From positions 1 through 56,125 of the IMG/VR virus record IMGVR_UViG_3300045988_020923: 56,125 nt of DNA; one strand, given 5' to 3'. Every line of letters begins with the position of its first letter. Within the stretch, counting starts at the first letter, position 1. Source of the stretch: a virus. Below are positions 1-10,698 of this stretch, piece after piece. The translations under genes and the position numbers were made by a program. The notes beneath the pieces were generated by a model, which worked only from the letters and a program-made list of their open reading frames with translations, was not told where the DNA came from and did no database searches.

Positions 1-55
1 GGCATCTTCTGCCGTGACAACATCAGCGTGAACGCTTAATAGGAGGTAAAACAAC
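1..55. repeat. Terminal 55-bp exact duplicate of 56071-56125 (circular assembly overlap); bases 1-39 repeat the 3' end of the decoration-like gene
   Basis: Read directly: ggcatcttctgccgtgacaacatcagcgtgaacgcttaataggaggtaaaacaac occurs at both window ends. Confidence 0.95.
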
Positions 56-1135
56 ATGGCACTGAATCTTAAGGAAGTCTTTGCCCCGGCTGCGATTGCC
101 GCCTATTGGACGAACGACCCCACTAATGCGATGCCCTTTGCATCTGACGCACTGTTCCCCGCCAAGAAGAAGGCCGGTCTCGACCTGAAGTGGCTGCGTG
201 GTCACAAGGGCGTTGGCGTTTCCCTGATGCCAAGCGCATTTGACGCAAAGGCGACGTTCCGCACTCGCGAGGGCTTCAAGTTCGATGAGACTGAGATGCC
301 GTTCTTCCGTGAGGGCTACCATCTGGGCGAGAAAGACCGTCAGGAAATCCTGCGTGTTCTGGACAGCAACGACCCCTATGCCCGTGATGTGATGAACCGT
401 CTGTACGATGACACCGCTCAGCTTATCACTGGTGCTCGTATCGTGCCTGAGCGCATGATCTGGCAGCTTCTGGCTCCCGCCAATGGCGCTCCCGGCATCA
501 CCATCAAGGCAAACGGCGTGAACTACACCTACAATTACGACCCGGACGGCGGCTGGAAGTCCACCAACTTTAAGGATATCAGCGGTGTCGCTAAGTCTAA
601 GTGGTCTGCTGCCACCGCCACTCCCATTGCTGACCTGAACGCTGCAAAGGATGCTGTTCTGGCAAGCGTGGGTGAAATCGTGACTGAGGTGTACATGAAC
701 ACCGCCACCTTCCGCAACATGATCGCTGCGGACGAGGTGAAGAATCGGTTTATGACTGTCACCGCAAAGGCAAACGCCGTTCTGCTGGATAGCGAAGCAC
801 GGCAGATTATCGAATCTGCAACCGGTCTGACCATCCATCTGTATGACAAGATGTTCAAGGCAGACCAGTACAGCGCGAGTGAGAAGTATCTGCCTGACGG
901 CATGGTTGTGATTGCTCCGTCCGGCGCTCTGGGCAGCACTTGGTACGGCACTACTCCTGAGGAAGCCGACCTGCTGTCTGGTCAGTCTGGTGCATCCGTG
1001 TCCATCGTGAATACTGGCGTTGCCATTACCACTGAGCTGACCATTCACCCGGTCAACGCCAACGTCTATGCTTCTGAAATCGTCCTGCCGTCCTTTGAGC
1101 GCATGGACGCTGTGTACTGCATCAAGGCTTACTAA
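56..1135 (+). CDS. Major capsid protein (lambda gpE-like family)
   Basis: 359-aa ORF with AGGAGG RBS, directly after scaffold and decoration genes across the circular junction; sequence pattern recognised as phage major capsid protein E family. Confidence 0.85.
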   Translation: MALNLKEVFAPAAIAAYWTNDPTNAMPFASDALFPAKKKAGLDLKWLRGHKGVGVSLMPSAFDAKATFRTREGFKFDETEMPFFREGYHLGEKDRQEILRVLDSNDPYARDVMNRLYDDTAQLITGARIVPERMIWQLLAPANGAPGITIKANGVNYTYNYDPDGGWKSTNFKDISGVAKSKWSAATATPIADLNAAKDAVLASVGEIVTEVYMNTATFRNMIAADEVKNRFMTVTAKANAVLLDSEARQIIESATGLTIHLYDKMFKADQYSASEKYLPDGMVVIAPSGALGSTWYGTTPEEADLLSGQSGASVSIVNTGVAITTELTIHPVNANVYASEIVLPSFERMDAVYCIKAY

Positions 1136-1155
1136 GGCGAAAGGAGGAAAGCAGC

Positions 1156-1500
1156 ATGGGAGACCAGTATTCCGAAGCGGCAGTCAAGCTGGGACAGTAC
1201 ATTGCCCCTGCACTTGACCGTGAAATCACGGACGAGGACTACCCACTCTTCGACCTGCTGCTTGATTTTGCCAAAGACAAGATATTTGCACAGGGCTACC
1301 CATTCGGCAACAGGCCGGACGAGTTGCCCTTGCAGTATCAGTCGTTGCAGATACGCATTGCAGCGGAACTGTACAACCATATCGGCGCAAACGGACAGAC
1401 GAGCTATACCAACAACGGCATTACTCGTGTGTGGGAAAGTTCCGATGTGGCACAGTCCCTGCTAAATGAAGTAGTTCCGAGAGTAGGTGTTATCGGCTGA
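1156..1500 (+). CDS. Head-tail connector (gp6-like)
   Basis: 114 aa, GGAGG RBS, immediately after capsid gene; acidic N-terminus and AAELYNH-type motif typical of gp6-like connectors. Confidence 0.55.
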   Translation: MGDQYSEAAVKLGQYIAPALDREITDEDYPLFDLLLDFAKDKIFAQGYPFGNRPDELPLQYQSLQIRIAAELYNHIGANGQTSYTNNGITRVWESSDVAQSLLNEVVPRVGVIG

Positions 1501-1874
1501 TGTTTAATGGAAGCCCGCTGGATAAGCGCCCGCTGTGGTACTCAAACCCGGTTGGCGGAAAAACGCCTGTTGTTGACGAGTGGGGAAACGAAACCGGCGA
1601 AACATCGCAGACGTGGAGTGACCCCGCAAAGCTGATGCTGAACGTCAGCCCGCCTACTGGTTCTGCGGAAGCAAACCCTTTTGGAGCGTTTACGGATTAT
1701 AGCTACGTTGTCAGTTCGTCCAGCAAAAAGCGCAATACACCGCTTTATGAAGGCACACACGTCTGGTTTCAGACAGACGTTTCAAAGCCCTTCAATTTCA
1801 CTGTGGCCAAGGTTGCAGAGCATATCACGGATACGCTGTATGCGCTGAAAGAGGTGGCTGCAAGTGAAAATTAA
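1500..1874 (+). CDS. Head closure / head-tail adaptor candidate
   Basis: 124 aa, start overlaps previous stop (TGATG); assigned by synteny only. Confidence 0.35.
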   Translation: MFNGSPLDKRPLWYSNPVGGKTPVVDEWGNETGETSQTWSDPAKLMLNVSPPTGSAEANPFGAFTDYSYVVSSSSKKRNTPLYEGTHVWFQTDVSKPFNFTVAKVAEHITDTLYALKEVAASEN

Positions 1875-2385
1875 AGTGAGGTTGAGCGATGCTGGACTTC
1901 GTGATGCGGAACGTCAGATACAGGAGTACAAGGCCACCCTGAACAAAAAGGCGCAGGAGTTTGCAAAGGCGTTGGCTGATAAAGGACTTGACGTGGCAAA
2001 AATTCGTTTTGCGAACGCACAGTATGCTGGTAGCAACGATGTTTCTTGCCATGTTGAGCAAAACGGAGCCGCCTGTTCCATTATTGCTGAGGGCAAATCG
2101 GTTGCTTTTATCGAGTTTGGTACTGGCGTTATGCACTCTGCTTATGGCGGCGAACTTCCTAATGGTGTGGGTGAGCACGGCACATACGGCAAGGAAAACG
2201 GCAAGCATAAGCGTTGGTACTACTACGGCGAAACCGGCAATGCTGGCACACCTGTCAAGGAAGTAGACGGCAAAGGTCAGCTGAATTACACCAGCGGTAA
2301 CGATGCAGCTATGGCTATGTGGGGGGCTGTTGAGGAAATGGCTTCTCAAGTTGAAGCAACGTGGAGGGAGGTTTGGAATAGTTGA
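1864..2385 (+). CDS. HK97 gp10-like neck/tail component
   Basis: 173 aa; AFIEFGTGV motif typical of HK97 gp10 family; synteny. Confidence 0.5.
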   Translation: MKIKVRLSDAGLRDAERQIQEYKATLNKKAQEFAKALADKGLDVAKIRFANAQYAGSNDVSCHVEQNGAACSIIAEGKSVAFIEFGTGVMHSAYGGELPNGVGEHGTYGKENGKHKRWYYYGETGNAGTPVKEVDGKGQLNYTSGNDAAMAMWGAVEEMASQVEATWREVWNS

Positions 2386-2783
2386 TCGATTATTTCAATT
2401 CTATCTTCACGGCCGTTGCTAAGGAACTGCGAAAGCAAGCGCCCGGCATCTTCGTTACTGGTGAAATCAATGACAGCAACGTCAAGAAGTTTCCGTGTGT
2501 GCAGATAGAGGAAAACAGTAATCTTCCTGTACACATTGATTCTGCTGGTCACAGCAAGTACGCTGCCGTTTCCCTGCGTGTGCGGGTCTACTCCAACAAG
2601 AACACCGGGCGTATTGCAGAAGCGCGTTCCATCGTTGGAATCGTGGATTCTGTTCTTGAACCGCTTAAATTTTATCGCAAGTCGTTTGCCCCGTTGAATG
2701 GGCTGTACAACAATTCCGTCTATCGGATTGATTGCAGCTACGGGGCAACAATCGGAGAGGACGGAATGATTTACCGAAACTAA
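2382..2783 (+). CDS. Tail completion/terminator candidate
   Basis: 133 aa, TTG start overlapping previous stop; position before major tail gene. Confidence 0.35.
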   Translation: MIDYFNSIFTAVAKELRKQAPGIFVTGEINDSNVKKFPCVQIEENSNLPVHIDSAGHSKYAAVSLRVRVYSNKNTGRIAEARSIVGIVDSVLEPLKFYRKSFAPLNGLYNNSVYRIDCSYGATIGEDGMIYRN

Positions 2784-2798
2784 GGAGGTAAACATTCT

Positions 2799-3236
2799 AT
2801 GAGTACTGCTATCTCCGGTCTGAACACTACCCTTTACTGTGGCGAAAGCGCAACAACTCTGAAGAAGCTGTGCGACATTAAGGATGTGCCCGACCTGATC
2901 TCCGACCCGAACCTTCTGGATGCAACCACCCTGTCTGATGGTATGCAGAAGCAGATTTTTGGCATTGTTCAGGCTGATACCAAAGCCTTTACTGCAAACT
3001 ACAACAAGACCGACTACGCCGCCGTCAAGGCTGCTGGTTATGACGATACCTCTGAGAGCAACGTGGACAAGTACTACGCCCTGAAAATGCAGGACGGTTC
3101 CGGCTTCACTTGGCAGGGTATGCATCAGGTCGGTCTGTCCGGTTTTGGCGTGGACGAGGTCGTGGAAATGACCATCAATTGCATCTTCCACTCTACCCCG
3201 AAGTTCAGCGAGAGCCTGACCATTAACGGCGGCTAA
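2799..3236 (+). CDS. Major tail protein
   Basis: 145 aa, AGGAGG RBS, located immediately upstream of the chaperone pair and tape measure. Confidence 0.6.
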   Translation: MSTAISGLNTTLYCGESATTLKKLCDIKDVPDLISDPNLLDATTLSDGMQKQIFGIVQADTKAFTANYNKTDYAAVKAAGYDDTSESNVDKYYALKMQDGSGFTWQGMHQVGLSGFGVDEVVEMTINCIFHSTPKFSESLTINGG

Positions 3237-3320
3237 ACCGCACAAATCGAATCAATCAAAACGAGCAGAACTGAACAACGGATTTGGTTCTGCTCCTATT
3301 TATAAAGGAGAGCATTTATT

Positions 3321-3668
3321 ATGGCTGCTAAGGTTATCAACTTTCATTCCCCCGATGGCAAGAACACTTACGAGCTGACTTTCACCCGCGAGAGCGCCGA
3401 AGCCACTGAACGCAACGGCTTCCAGATCTACGAGTTCTCTAACGGCATCAACCCCATCAAGAACACCTCTGCTCTGTTCTATGGTGCATTCATTGCCCGC
3501 AACAAGGGCATCAAGCGCAAGCTGGTCGATGATATGCTTGCGCACATCGAGGACAAGGAAGGTCTTATGGCCGCCCTGATGGAGATGTACGCGGATTCTA
3601 TCAAGGCTCTGGTTGCCACCGATGAAGAGGACAAGACCGCAAAAAACGCAACGTGGGAGATTGTGTAA
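3321..3668 (+). CDS. Tail assembly chaperone (gpG-like)
   Basis: 115 aa acidic protein directly upstream of tape measure; contains slippery site near its 3' end. Confidence 0.7.
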   Translation: MAAKVINFHSPDGKNTYELTFTRESAEATERNGFQIYEFSNGINPIKNTSALFYGAFIARNKGIKRKLVDDMLAHIEDKEGLMAALMEMYADSIKALVATDEEDKTAKNATWEIV

Positions 3669-4078
3669 CCTCACAGTCTCAGGGATCGGACAGCCATACA
3701 GAGCCATTCTCTGTGTCTAAGCTGTTCCACGATGTAGAAGCCTATTACATCTCCATTGGCATGACCTATGACCAGTTCTGGCGTGATGACGTCTGGCTGG
3801 CAAAGGTTTACCGAGACGCGGAAGAACTACGCGCCCGCAGAGCCAATGTTGAAGCGTGGAGAAATGGCTTCTACACGGAATCTGCGCTTTCCTCTACGGT
3901 TGGCAATATGTTCCGCAAGAAAGGGTCTAGCCCCATCAAGTACATGGATAGGCCGATTCCTCTCACCCAGAAAGAGCAGGACGAGTACGAATACCAACGC
4001 GCACTGGAAGCGCAGAAACGCATCAAGAGTGCAATGTTCTCTATGATGAATCAGAAGGACGGTGGTAGCAATGGCTGA
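3321..4078 (+). CDS. Tail assembly chaperone -1 frameshift fusion (gpGT-like)
   Basis: ORF 3653-4078 is in the -1 frame relative to 3321-3668, open through the slippery heptamer, and ends overlapping the tape measure start. Confidence 0.6.
3641..3647 (+). promoter_or_regulatory. Programmed -1 frameshift slippery heptamer A_AAA_AAC
   Basis: Zero-frame reading gcA AAA AAC (A-K-N); -1 frame stays open to 4078. Confidence 0.6.
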
Positions 4079-7000
4079 TGTTGATATTACAAGCTTATCC
4101 GTAGAAATCTCTGCGGAATCGCAGGGTGCAGAGCTTAACATTGACAAGCTTGCTACCGCAATTTCTAATTTGCGGACAAAGGGCAGCGTTGGCAAGGTTT
4201 GTACAAGCCTTGATAAACTGTCTAGTTCCATTTCCGCGCTGAAACAAGCGTCTGCCGGCATTTCCGGTCTGGATAAGGTCACAAACTTCCTGAATGGCAT
4301 CTCTTCTGTCAACACAACTGCTGGCGTGAAGGGCGTTAACTCTGTTGTAAATGCCATCAAGAAGATTCCAAACGCGGTATCTGCTCTGAACGGCGTGGAC
4401 TTCTACTCCATGTCTGGTAGCATCACGCAGCTGACGAACGCTCTTGCGCCCCTGTCCATTTTGGATATTTCTGGTTTGAAATCGCTTGGCAGCGCATTCA
4501 AGGCGATTGGTACTGTGCCAGACCTGACTGACAAGCTAAAAGCGGCAGACCTTGATTCTTTTGCGGATTCTTGCCAGAAGATATCCACCGCTCTTACTCC
4601 CCTTGCATCTCAGCTTGAAACGGTAGGCAACGCCTTTGCAAAACTACCTCCGCAGTTGAGCAAGGTTGTGACACAGGCTAACCGTGTGACCGCTGCCAAC
4701 GAACGGCAGAAAAAAAGCTACATGAGCCTTTCCAGCCAAATGAACAGCTTCATGCGGAACATGGCAAAGCTGGTCTCGTTAAAAGCTATTGCGACCTATC
4801 TTGGCAACGCAGCGGAGAAGTTCAATAGCTATTATGAAGCTGCAAACCTGTTCGGCGTGTCCATGAAGGGGCTAACCGGCGAAGCAAGCACGTTCATCAA
4901 CAAGATGGAGACCCTGCTTGGCATCGACCCCACCGAAGCCATGAACAACATGGCAACGATTCAGGGTCTGACCACTTCGTTTGGCTTGGCAAGCGACAAG
5001 GCGTATGTGCTGTCCAAGAACCTGACGCAGCTTGGCTACGACCTTGCTTCTTTGAAGAATATTCCTGTTGCGGAATCCTTTACGAAGATTCAGGCGGCTA
5101 TTTCCGGCGAACTTGAACCGATTCGCCGTCTGGGTGTCGATATTTCTAATGCTCGGTTGCAGCAGGAACTGCTTAATCTTGGCTATTCGCAGAGCGTTTC
5201 TACCCTGTCTCAGGCTGATAAGGCTGTTCTGCGGTACATTGCCATCATGAAGCAGACCACCGATGCACAGGGAGACTTCGCCCGCACTCTGTCCAGCCCT
5301 GCCAATATGATTCGCATTTTGCAGGCACAGCTGAACAGTCTGGCTCGCGCTGTTGGTTCTCTGCTCTACCCTGCTTTAAAATCCATTCTCCCGCCGCTGA
5401 TCGCGGCTGTTGAGCTGGTCAAAGAGCTTGTGACCGGCATTGCATCCATGATGGGCGTCAAGGTGGAGTTCCCGGATTTTAGCAGCGCAAGCGATGCTGT
5501 TGGTGGCGTCACGGATGCAATGGATAACACCACCAAAGCGACCGGCAAGGCTGCAAAGGCGTTCAAGAACTACATCATGGGCTTTGATGAACTGAACGTC
5601 ATCCAGAAGGACAATGGCTCTTCCGGTGGTTCCGGCTCTGGTGTTGGCGCTGCTGGCAACATCTTAGGCGATGTAGACCTGTCCGGCTACGATATGTTCA
5701 AGAACTACGTTGGTTCTTCCGTTGATGAAATCAAGGCAAAACTTGAAAAGCTGCTTCCGCTTATCTCTGGAATTGCAGCCGGTTTTGCAACATGGGCAAT
5801 TAGTAATGCCGTTCTTACTGCTCTTGAAAAAATCAAAGGCGAAGGTTCTTTGATTGAAGCAGTCTTGAAGCTTTGGAAAAACCCGATAATGGCAGCTGCG
5901 GTTGCCGTTGGCATTATCGTTGCAAGGTTTGTAAGCCTTTATCAGAATAGTGAGAAATTCCGAAAAGGTCTTGAGCGTGTAAGGGCGCTTGTCTACCTCG
6001 CAGCGGAAGGATTCAAACAGGGCTGGAACATATCGCTTACCGATGGGAAACTTGGAGAATCCATTGAATACCTGAAAGAATCTCTTTCCAATCTCGGACA
6101 ATCTATCCTGAATTTGCTCCCTGAAAGCTGGCAGGAAGGAATCACTTCCGCGTTTGATTCCATTTCAAAAGTTGTGAAGAAGCTCGACCTTGACGTTTGG
6201 GATTTAGTTACAACGCTTGCTGGCATCGGACTTATCGTATCCGGTCATCCTGTTGCGGGTCTTGCTGTTATAGGATTTGAAGCTATTTCCGTAGCCGTTC
6301 GCGGGCTTGGAAGTGAAAATCAGAAAACTGCCTTTGGAATGGAAACCGACTGGTTCAATTCCTTCAAGTCTATTGGCGAAAGCGTTGCAAACTTTGCGGC
6401 TGCTGCCGTTACCGCGATTGGGAACATCATTAACGATATTGCAATCTTTGTTGGTTGGATTAAAAACGGAGTTTCCGAAACAGACCGCTTGGATTTGCAG
6501 ATGAACGGCAACTTCATTGAAAACTTTGTGATGGGCATTGCCCAAACAATCCACAATATAGGCGTTTTTGTTGGTTGGATTACAAGTGGCGTTGATGAAG
6601 CTGACCGGCTGGCAGTTGCAGCGAACGGAAATTTTGCAGAAAAGTTCATCCTTCTGATTGCTGACGTTATCAACGGAATCAAAGAAGCCGTGAAGTGGTT
6701 CGGAAAACTGATTGAAAAAATCTCGAAGTTCAATCCTGTTAGCGTTGGCAAAAACATCATAGATGGCATTACAAAAGGCATCGTTGGCAAAAAGAACGTT
6801 GCGGATGATGCTGTCAAGGTTGTAACGGACGGAATCCAAGAAGAAGCACAGACTGAACTTGGCATCCACTCCCCTTCCAAAGTTTTCAAGGGCTATGGTG
6901 TCTACCTCATAGAAGGTCTTGTGAACGGCGTCTTAGCCACTAAAGACCTTGCGGTGAAAGCAATCCAGTCCGTGTCTGACGCGGTAAAGACCATCGGTTC

Positions 7001-8282
7001 TCAGCTGGCAGATGAAAACTACGGTCTGGGCAATGGCTCTATCAGCCTTTCCGTTGACGCAAGCGGAAAGTCCATGATGGAAACCGCAAATGCGCTGAAA
7101 CGCACGATGCGCACCACCAATGATAGTTTCGGCGGTTGGTTCAAGAAGATGAAAACCGACTTGGGCGACTTCACAGAGGGCATCAATGCTATTACTAAGG
7201 CGGGTAAAGACATCTCAAACGGCTTTAAATCCTCCATTGACGCCCTTACCGCTGCATCGAAGTCCATCCTGAACACACATGATGGTTTTGTGAGCGCAGT
7301 CTCTGATATCCGGTCTTTTGTGAAAAAGAGCGTTGCGGAGATTGAAAACGAGTACCAGTATAACGGCTTCTTTGGCGCTGCTGGTCTTGCCATCCAAAAG
7401 GCGTTTGAGGGCGTGTACCTTGTTTTTGAAAAGGTTTCCACTGCTATCAAGAACATATCCGACACCATTGACAGCGTGAAGAACGTTATTACCACCTTTA
7501 ATAACCTGAAAACCAAAGTTGGCGAGGTCATCGACCAAGTTCCCGCTTTGAAACAGGCGTATGGTGGCCTGAAATCGTTCTTTAGTGACCTGTTCAACAA
7601 GGATAGCGGCATTGGCAAAATCGTGTCTGACGGCTTTGACTTCATCAAAACGAAAGCTGGAGACGTAGCAAACTGGTTTAAGGAAAAGCTCAACATTGGA
7701 AGTTCCGGCAGCTCTGCTGGTGGCGGTTCGTTAGGAGCTCTCGGAAGTACAGCGGCTTCTGGCGGCGCATTGTCGCATCTTGGTGCATACGGTGGAATAG
7801 GCGCTGGTGTTGGCCTTGGCCTTTCTGGTGGCATCCAGTGGTGGAAGGACATGATAGGCACTTGGGGTGATTCGGACAAGTCCGCAGGTACAAAAGTTCT
7901 TGAATCCATAAAACACACCCTTTGGGATTTGTCGCCTATTGGAGCACTCGTAAATCTTGGTAAAAAGATTTTTGGCTTTGCAAGTGGCGGTTTCCCCGAT
8001 GCCGGGCAGCTGTTCATCGCCAGAGAAGCCGGTGCAGAGATGGTCGGCTCTATGGGCGGGCACACAGCAGTTGCAAACAATGACCAAATCGTTGAGGGCA
8101 TCCGCGAAGGTGTTGAAGCTGCAATGGAGCGTCAGAATCAGCTTCTGCGCCGTCAGAACGAGCTGCTGCAGGCTCTGCTTGAGAAGGAAGGGAGCGCAGA
8201 GATCAACGTGTCCAGCTTCTATCAGGCAGTGAACAGAACGAACCAGCGCAACGGCAAAACAATTATCCCGGTAGGTACTTAA
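4071..8282 (+). CDS. Tail tape measure protein
   Basis: About 1404 aa (alternative GTG start at 4062), long helical and Gly-rich segments, canonical position after the G/GT chaperones. Confidence 0.9.
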   Translation: MADVDITSLSVEISAESQGAELNIDKLATAISNLRTKGSVGKVCTSLDKLSSSISALKQASAGISGLDKVTNFLNGISSVNTTAGVKGVNSVVNAIKKIPNAVSALNGVDFYSMSGSITQLTNALAPLSILDISGLKSLGSAFKAIGTVPDLTDKLKAADLDSFADSCQKISTALTPLASQLETVGNAFAKLPPQLSKVVTQANRVTAANERQKKSYMSLSSQMNSFMRNMAKLVSLKAIATYLGNAAEKFNSYYEAANLFGVSMKGLTGEASTFINKMETLLGIDPTEAMNNMATIQGLTTSFGLASDKAYVLSKNLTQLGYDLASLKNIPVAESFTKIQAAISGELEPIRRLGVDISNARLQQELLNLGYSQSVSTLSQADKAVLRYIAIMKQTTDAQGDFARTLSSPANMIRILQAQLNSLARAVGSLLYPALKSILPPLIAAVELVKELVTGIASMMGVKVEFPDFSSASDAVGGVTDAMDNTTKATGKAAKAFKNYIMGFDELNVIQKDNGSSGGSGSGVGAAGNILGDVDLSGYDMFKNYVGSSVDEIKAKLEKLLPLISGIAAGFATWAISNAVLTALEKIKGEGSLIEAVLKLWKNPIMAAAVAVGIIVARFVSLYQNSEKFRKGLERVRALVYLAAEGFKQGWNISLTDGKLGESIEYLKESLSNLGQSILNLLPESWQEGITSAFDSISKVVKKLDLDVWDLVTTLAGIGLIVSGHPVAGLAVIGFEAISVAVRGLGSENQKTAFGMETDWFNSFKSIGESVANFAAAAVTAIGNIINDIAIFVGWIKNGVSETDRLDLQMNGNFIENFVMGIAQTIHNIGVFVGWITSGVDEADRLAVAANGNFAEKFILLIADVINGIKEAVKWFGKLIEKISKFNPVSVGKNIIDGITKGIVGKKNVADDAVKVVTDGIQEEAQTELGIHSPSKVFKGYGVYLIEGLVNGVLATKDLAVKAIQSVSDAVKTIGSQLADENYGLGNGSISLSVDASGKSMMETANALKRTMRTTNDSFGGWFKKMKTDLGDFTEGINAITKAGKDISNGFKSSIDALTAASKSILNTHDGFVSAVSDIRSFVKKSVAEIENEYQYNGFFGAAGLAIQKAFEGVYLVFEKVSTAIKNISDTIDSVKNVITTFNNLKTKVGEVIDQVPALKQAYGGLKSFFSDLFNKDSGIGKIVSDGFDFIKTKAGDVANWFKEKLNIGSSGSSAGGGSLGALGSTAASGGALSHLGAYGGIGAGVGLGLSGGIQWWKDMIGTWGDSDKSAGTKVLESIKHTLWDLSPIGALVNLGKKIFGFASGGFPDAGQLFIAREAGAEMVGSMGGHTAVANNDQIVEGIREGVEAAMERQNQLLRRQNELLQALLEKEGSAEINVSSFYQAVNRTNQRNGKTIIPVGT

Positions 8283-8295
8283 AGGAGGGGCATTT

Positions 8296-8673
8296 ATGGA
8301 ACTTGACCAGTACAATCCGATTCGGAGCGTGGATGGGCAGTATCTTAAATGCCCCTCTTCTTATCAGTGGCGATTGCAGGACATCTCGGCATCCGATGCC
8401 GGACGTACAGAAGATAACAAGATGGACAAGAAACGTCTTGGCCAGTGCGTCAAGTTGGAACTGGAATGGAAGTACACCACGATAAAAGAAGCCGCTGCTA
8501 TCCTGAAAGCGTTCAACCCGGAATACATCAACGTTACCTATCTTGACGCAATGGCTGGCGATTGGAAAACCAGCGAGTTCTACGTTGGTGACCGTGCTGT
8601 TCCGATGTATAATTCGCGGATGAATCGCTGGGAAGGGATATCTTTTAACATCATTGAAAGGGCTGCACACTGA
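8296..8673 (+). CDS. Small tail component in the distal-tail (Dit) position
   Basis: 125 aa, GGAGG RBS, immediately after tape measure; much shorter than typical Dit, so function assigned by position only. Confidence 0.4.
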   Translation: MELDQYNPIRSVDGQYLKCPSSYQWRLQDISASDAGRTEDNKMDKKRLGQCVKLELEWKYTTIKEAAAILKAFNPEYINVTYLDAMAGDWKTSEFYVGDRAVPMYNSRMNRWEGISFNIIERAAH

Positions 8674-10688
8674 TGGTCAATGTATCGCAAGATATCATAA
8701 AATCCTTCAACGAGGGCAACAAACAGACTGCCCTTATTGAGGTTACTGCTGGCAGCAAGACGTTCACCATCACCGATGCAGATATCATTCAGGGCGGGTT
8801 GAAGATTGACCGGTACTGCGTGACCAACAGCAAAATCGAGGTCGGTTCTGCGGTTGCGTCTGAACTGTCCTTGAAGCTGCAAAACTACGATGGCAAGTTC
8901 AATGATGTTTCCTTTGAGGGCGCTGTCCTGAACGTCAAAATCGGCATCAAACTGTCCAGCGTTCTTGAGAGTGCAACGCTAGGCAAGGGCATTCTAAGAC
9001 GCATGATTCTTGGCTCTGCGTCCTCTGACCAAGACGTTGCGTATGTTCCCTGCGGTCTTTTTATCGTGGACACCCCGCCCCGCAAACTGAGCACAATAAG
9101 CATCTCTGCGCTGGACTACATGGTCTTGTTTGACCGCGAGGTGAACGCTTCTGCACTCTCCTTCCCTATCCACGTTGATGCGCTTATCCAGAAAATTTGC
9201 TCCATTTGCAACGTCACGCTTGCAACGGATGTTTCGGTGCTGCCGAACCACTATTTTAGCATCGGCGGTCTGCCTGATACAAACCAGACTTTGACCTACC
9301 GCCAGCTTTTGCAATGGTGTGCGCAGCTTACAGGCACTTGCGCATTCATGGATGGCAGCGGACGGCTTGTGCTGAAATGGTACGAGCAGACTGGTGTGAC
9401 CATCACCGCAAGTGAGCGTTATTCCAGCGATATGTTGGAGAACGACATCACCATTACAGGTTTTACCTGTGACGATGGCAACGGCAACACCTACCTGTCC
9501 GGCACAGCAGATTATACGCTTGACCTGAGTGACTGCGGCTTCCTGACCAACGCCTACGAGGGTGTTTTGAAGGAATTGCAAACCGCACGCGGCGGGTTTG
9601 CTTACCGTCCATACAGCGCCACCATCAAGTCTGCACCGTATCTGTTTCCGCTGGACATGATACGCTACAAGGACAAAGACGGCGTTGTACATGATACCAT
9701 TGTCACCAACGTTACGCTGGCTCTGAACTGCAACACAGCGATTTCCGGTGCGGGCGAGACGGTCACAAGTTTTTCTTACGCGCAGTCCACAAGCGGCGTT
9801 ACGAGCCAACAGGCTGCGACCGACAGAGCGAACCTTGAAAAGATAAACCAGACTGCTACGCAGACTAACCAGAACAAGCAGGACTTGACGCAGTTCAAGA
9901 CACAGTATTCTTCTGATTTCAAAAAGACGCAAGCTGAAATTGAATCCCGCGTCACGAAGGAAACGTACCAGACTGACATGGCTGGCGTTTCTACGCGCAT
10001 CGGTGCAGCGGAAACAAAGATTTCTCAGAACGCTGATGCTATTATTCTTCGTGCAACAAAAGAAGAGCTTTATAGCATGATAACGTTTACTCCTGAAAAT
10101 GGGTTGGTCGTCACTCGTAGCGACTGGGAAGGCAAAGTTCAAATCACCGGTCAAAACGTACAAGTCGTTCGCGGAAACAATAAAGTTATTATAAACAACA
10201 ATGGCATAGACATAACGAATGCCTATGGAAGTGTTTCTATATACAGCGGTGGCATATCTTTTCACGGCATTCGCAACAGTAAGATTTTTGAATGGCCTTA
10301 TGAAAAAGATTCTTATGGCAACCCGATAGGCGAATTCGCTGCGCAAACTACAAAAATCGATCTTTCGTCCTACTCGTCTGTAATGCTGGTCTATGACACG
10401 CATAAAGATGGAACATGGTTTTCAGGTGGCGGCGGTGCTGGTAGACTTACGGTCGTTCTTCCTGTTAATGGGCAAACGTACTCTTATGCTTATCCGTGGA
10501 ATACGGTACACTGGCGAAAGGTAACAGTATCATATAATGGTATCACTTTTGGAAATGGAAACGAGAGAACGTCCGACTATAAAAATAACGTTATAACTGG
10601 CGTGATACATTTGGAAGTTCCTATTTCTGATGGTGTTAATAAAAACGATAAGGTTTGCCGCCCGTTGGAACTATACGGTTTTATGTGA
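8673..10688 (+). CDS. Tail tip / Tal-like baseplate protein
   Basis: 671 aa; N-terminal region resembles prophage-tail (Tal) family, central coiled coil, C-terminal beta-rich domain; synteny. Confidence 0.55.
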   Translation: MVNVSQDIIKSFNEGNKQTALIEVTAGSKTFTITDADIIQGGLKIDRYCVTNSKIEVGSAVASELSLKLQNYDGKFNDVSFEGAVLNVKIGIKLSSVLESATLGKGILRRMILGSASSDQDVAYVPCGLFIVDTPPRKLSTISISALDYMVLFDREVNASALSFPIHVDALIQKICSICNVTLATDVSVLPNHYFSIGGLPDTNQTLTYRQLLQWCAQLTGTCAFMDGSGRLVLKWYEQTGVTITASERYSSDMLENDITITGFTCDDGNGNTYLSGTADYTLDLSDCGFLTNAYEGVLKELQTARGGFAYRPYSATIKSAPYLFPLDMIRYKDKDGVVHDTIVTNVTLALNCNTAISGAGETVTSFSYAQSTSGVTSQQAATDRANLEKINQTATQTNQNKQDLTQFKTQYSSDFKKTQAEIESRVTKETYQTDMAGVSTRIGAAETKISQNADAIILRATKEELYSMITFTPENGLVVTRSDWEGKVQITGQNVQVVRGNNKVIINNNGIDITNAYGSVSIYSGGISFHGIRNSKIFEWPYEKDSYGNPIGEFAAQTTKIDLSSYSSVMLVYDTHKDGTWFSGGGGAGRLTVVLPVNGQTYSYAYPWNTVHWRKVTVSYNGITFGNGNERTSDYKNNVITGVIHLEVPISDGVNKNDKVCRPLELYGFM

Positions 10689-10698
10689 GGTGGATATC

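Noticed and set aside
23-1048. 341-aa minus-strand ORF, plus many other long antisense ORFs (for example 2346-3245, 8994-10403, 11908-13131, 15931-16926, 25652-26416, 53486-55156 and 55017-55796)
   Set aside because: They lie antisense to well-supported phage genes, lack RBSs, and have Arg/Ser/Cys/His-rich low-quality translations typical of shadow ORFs.
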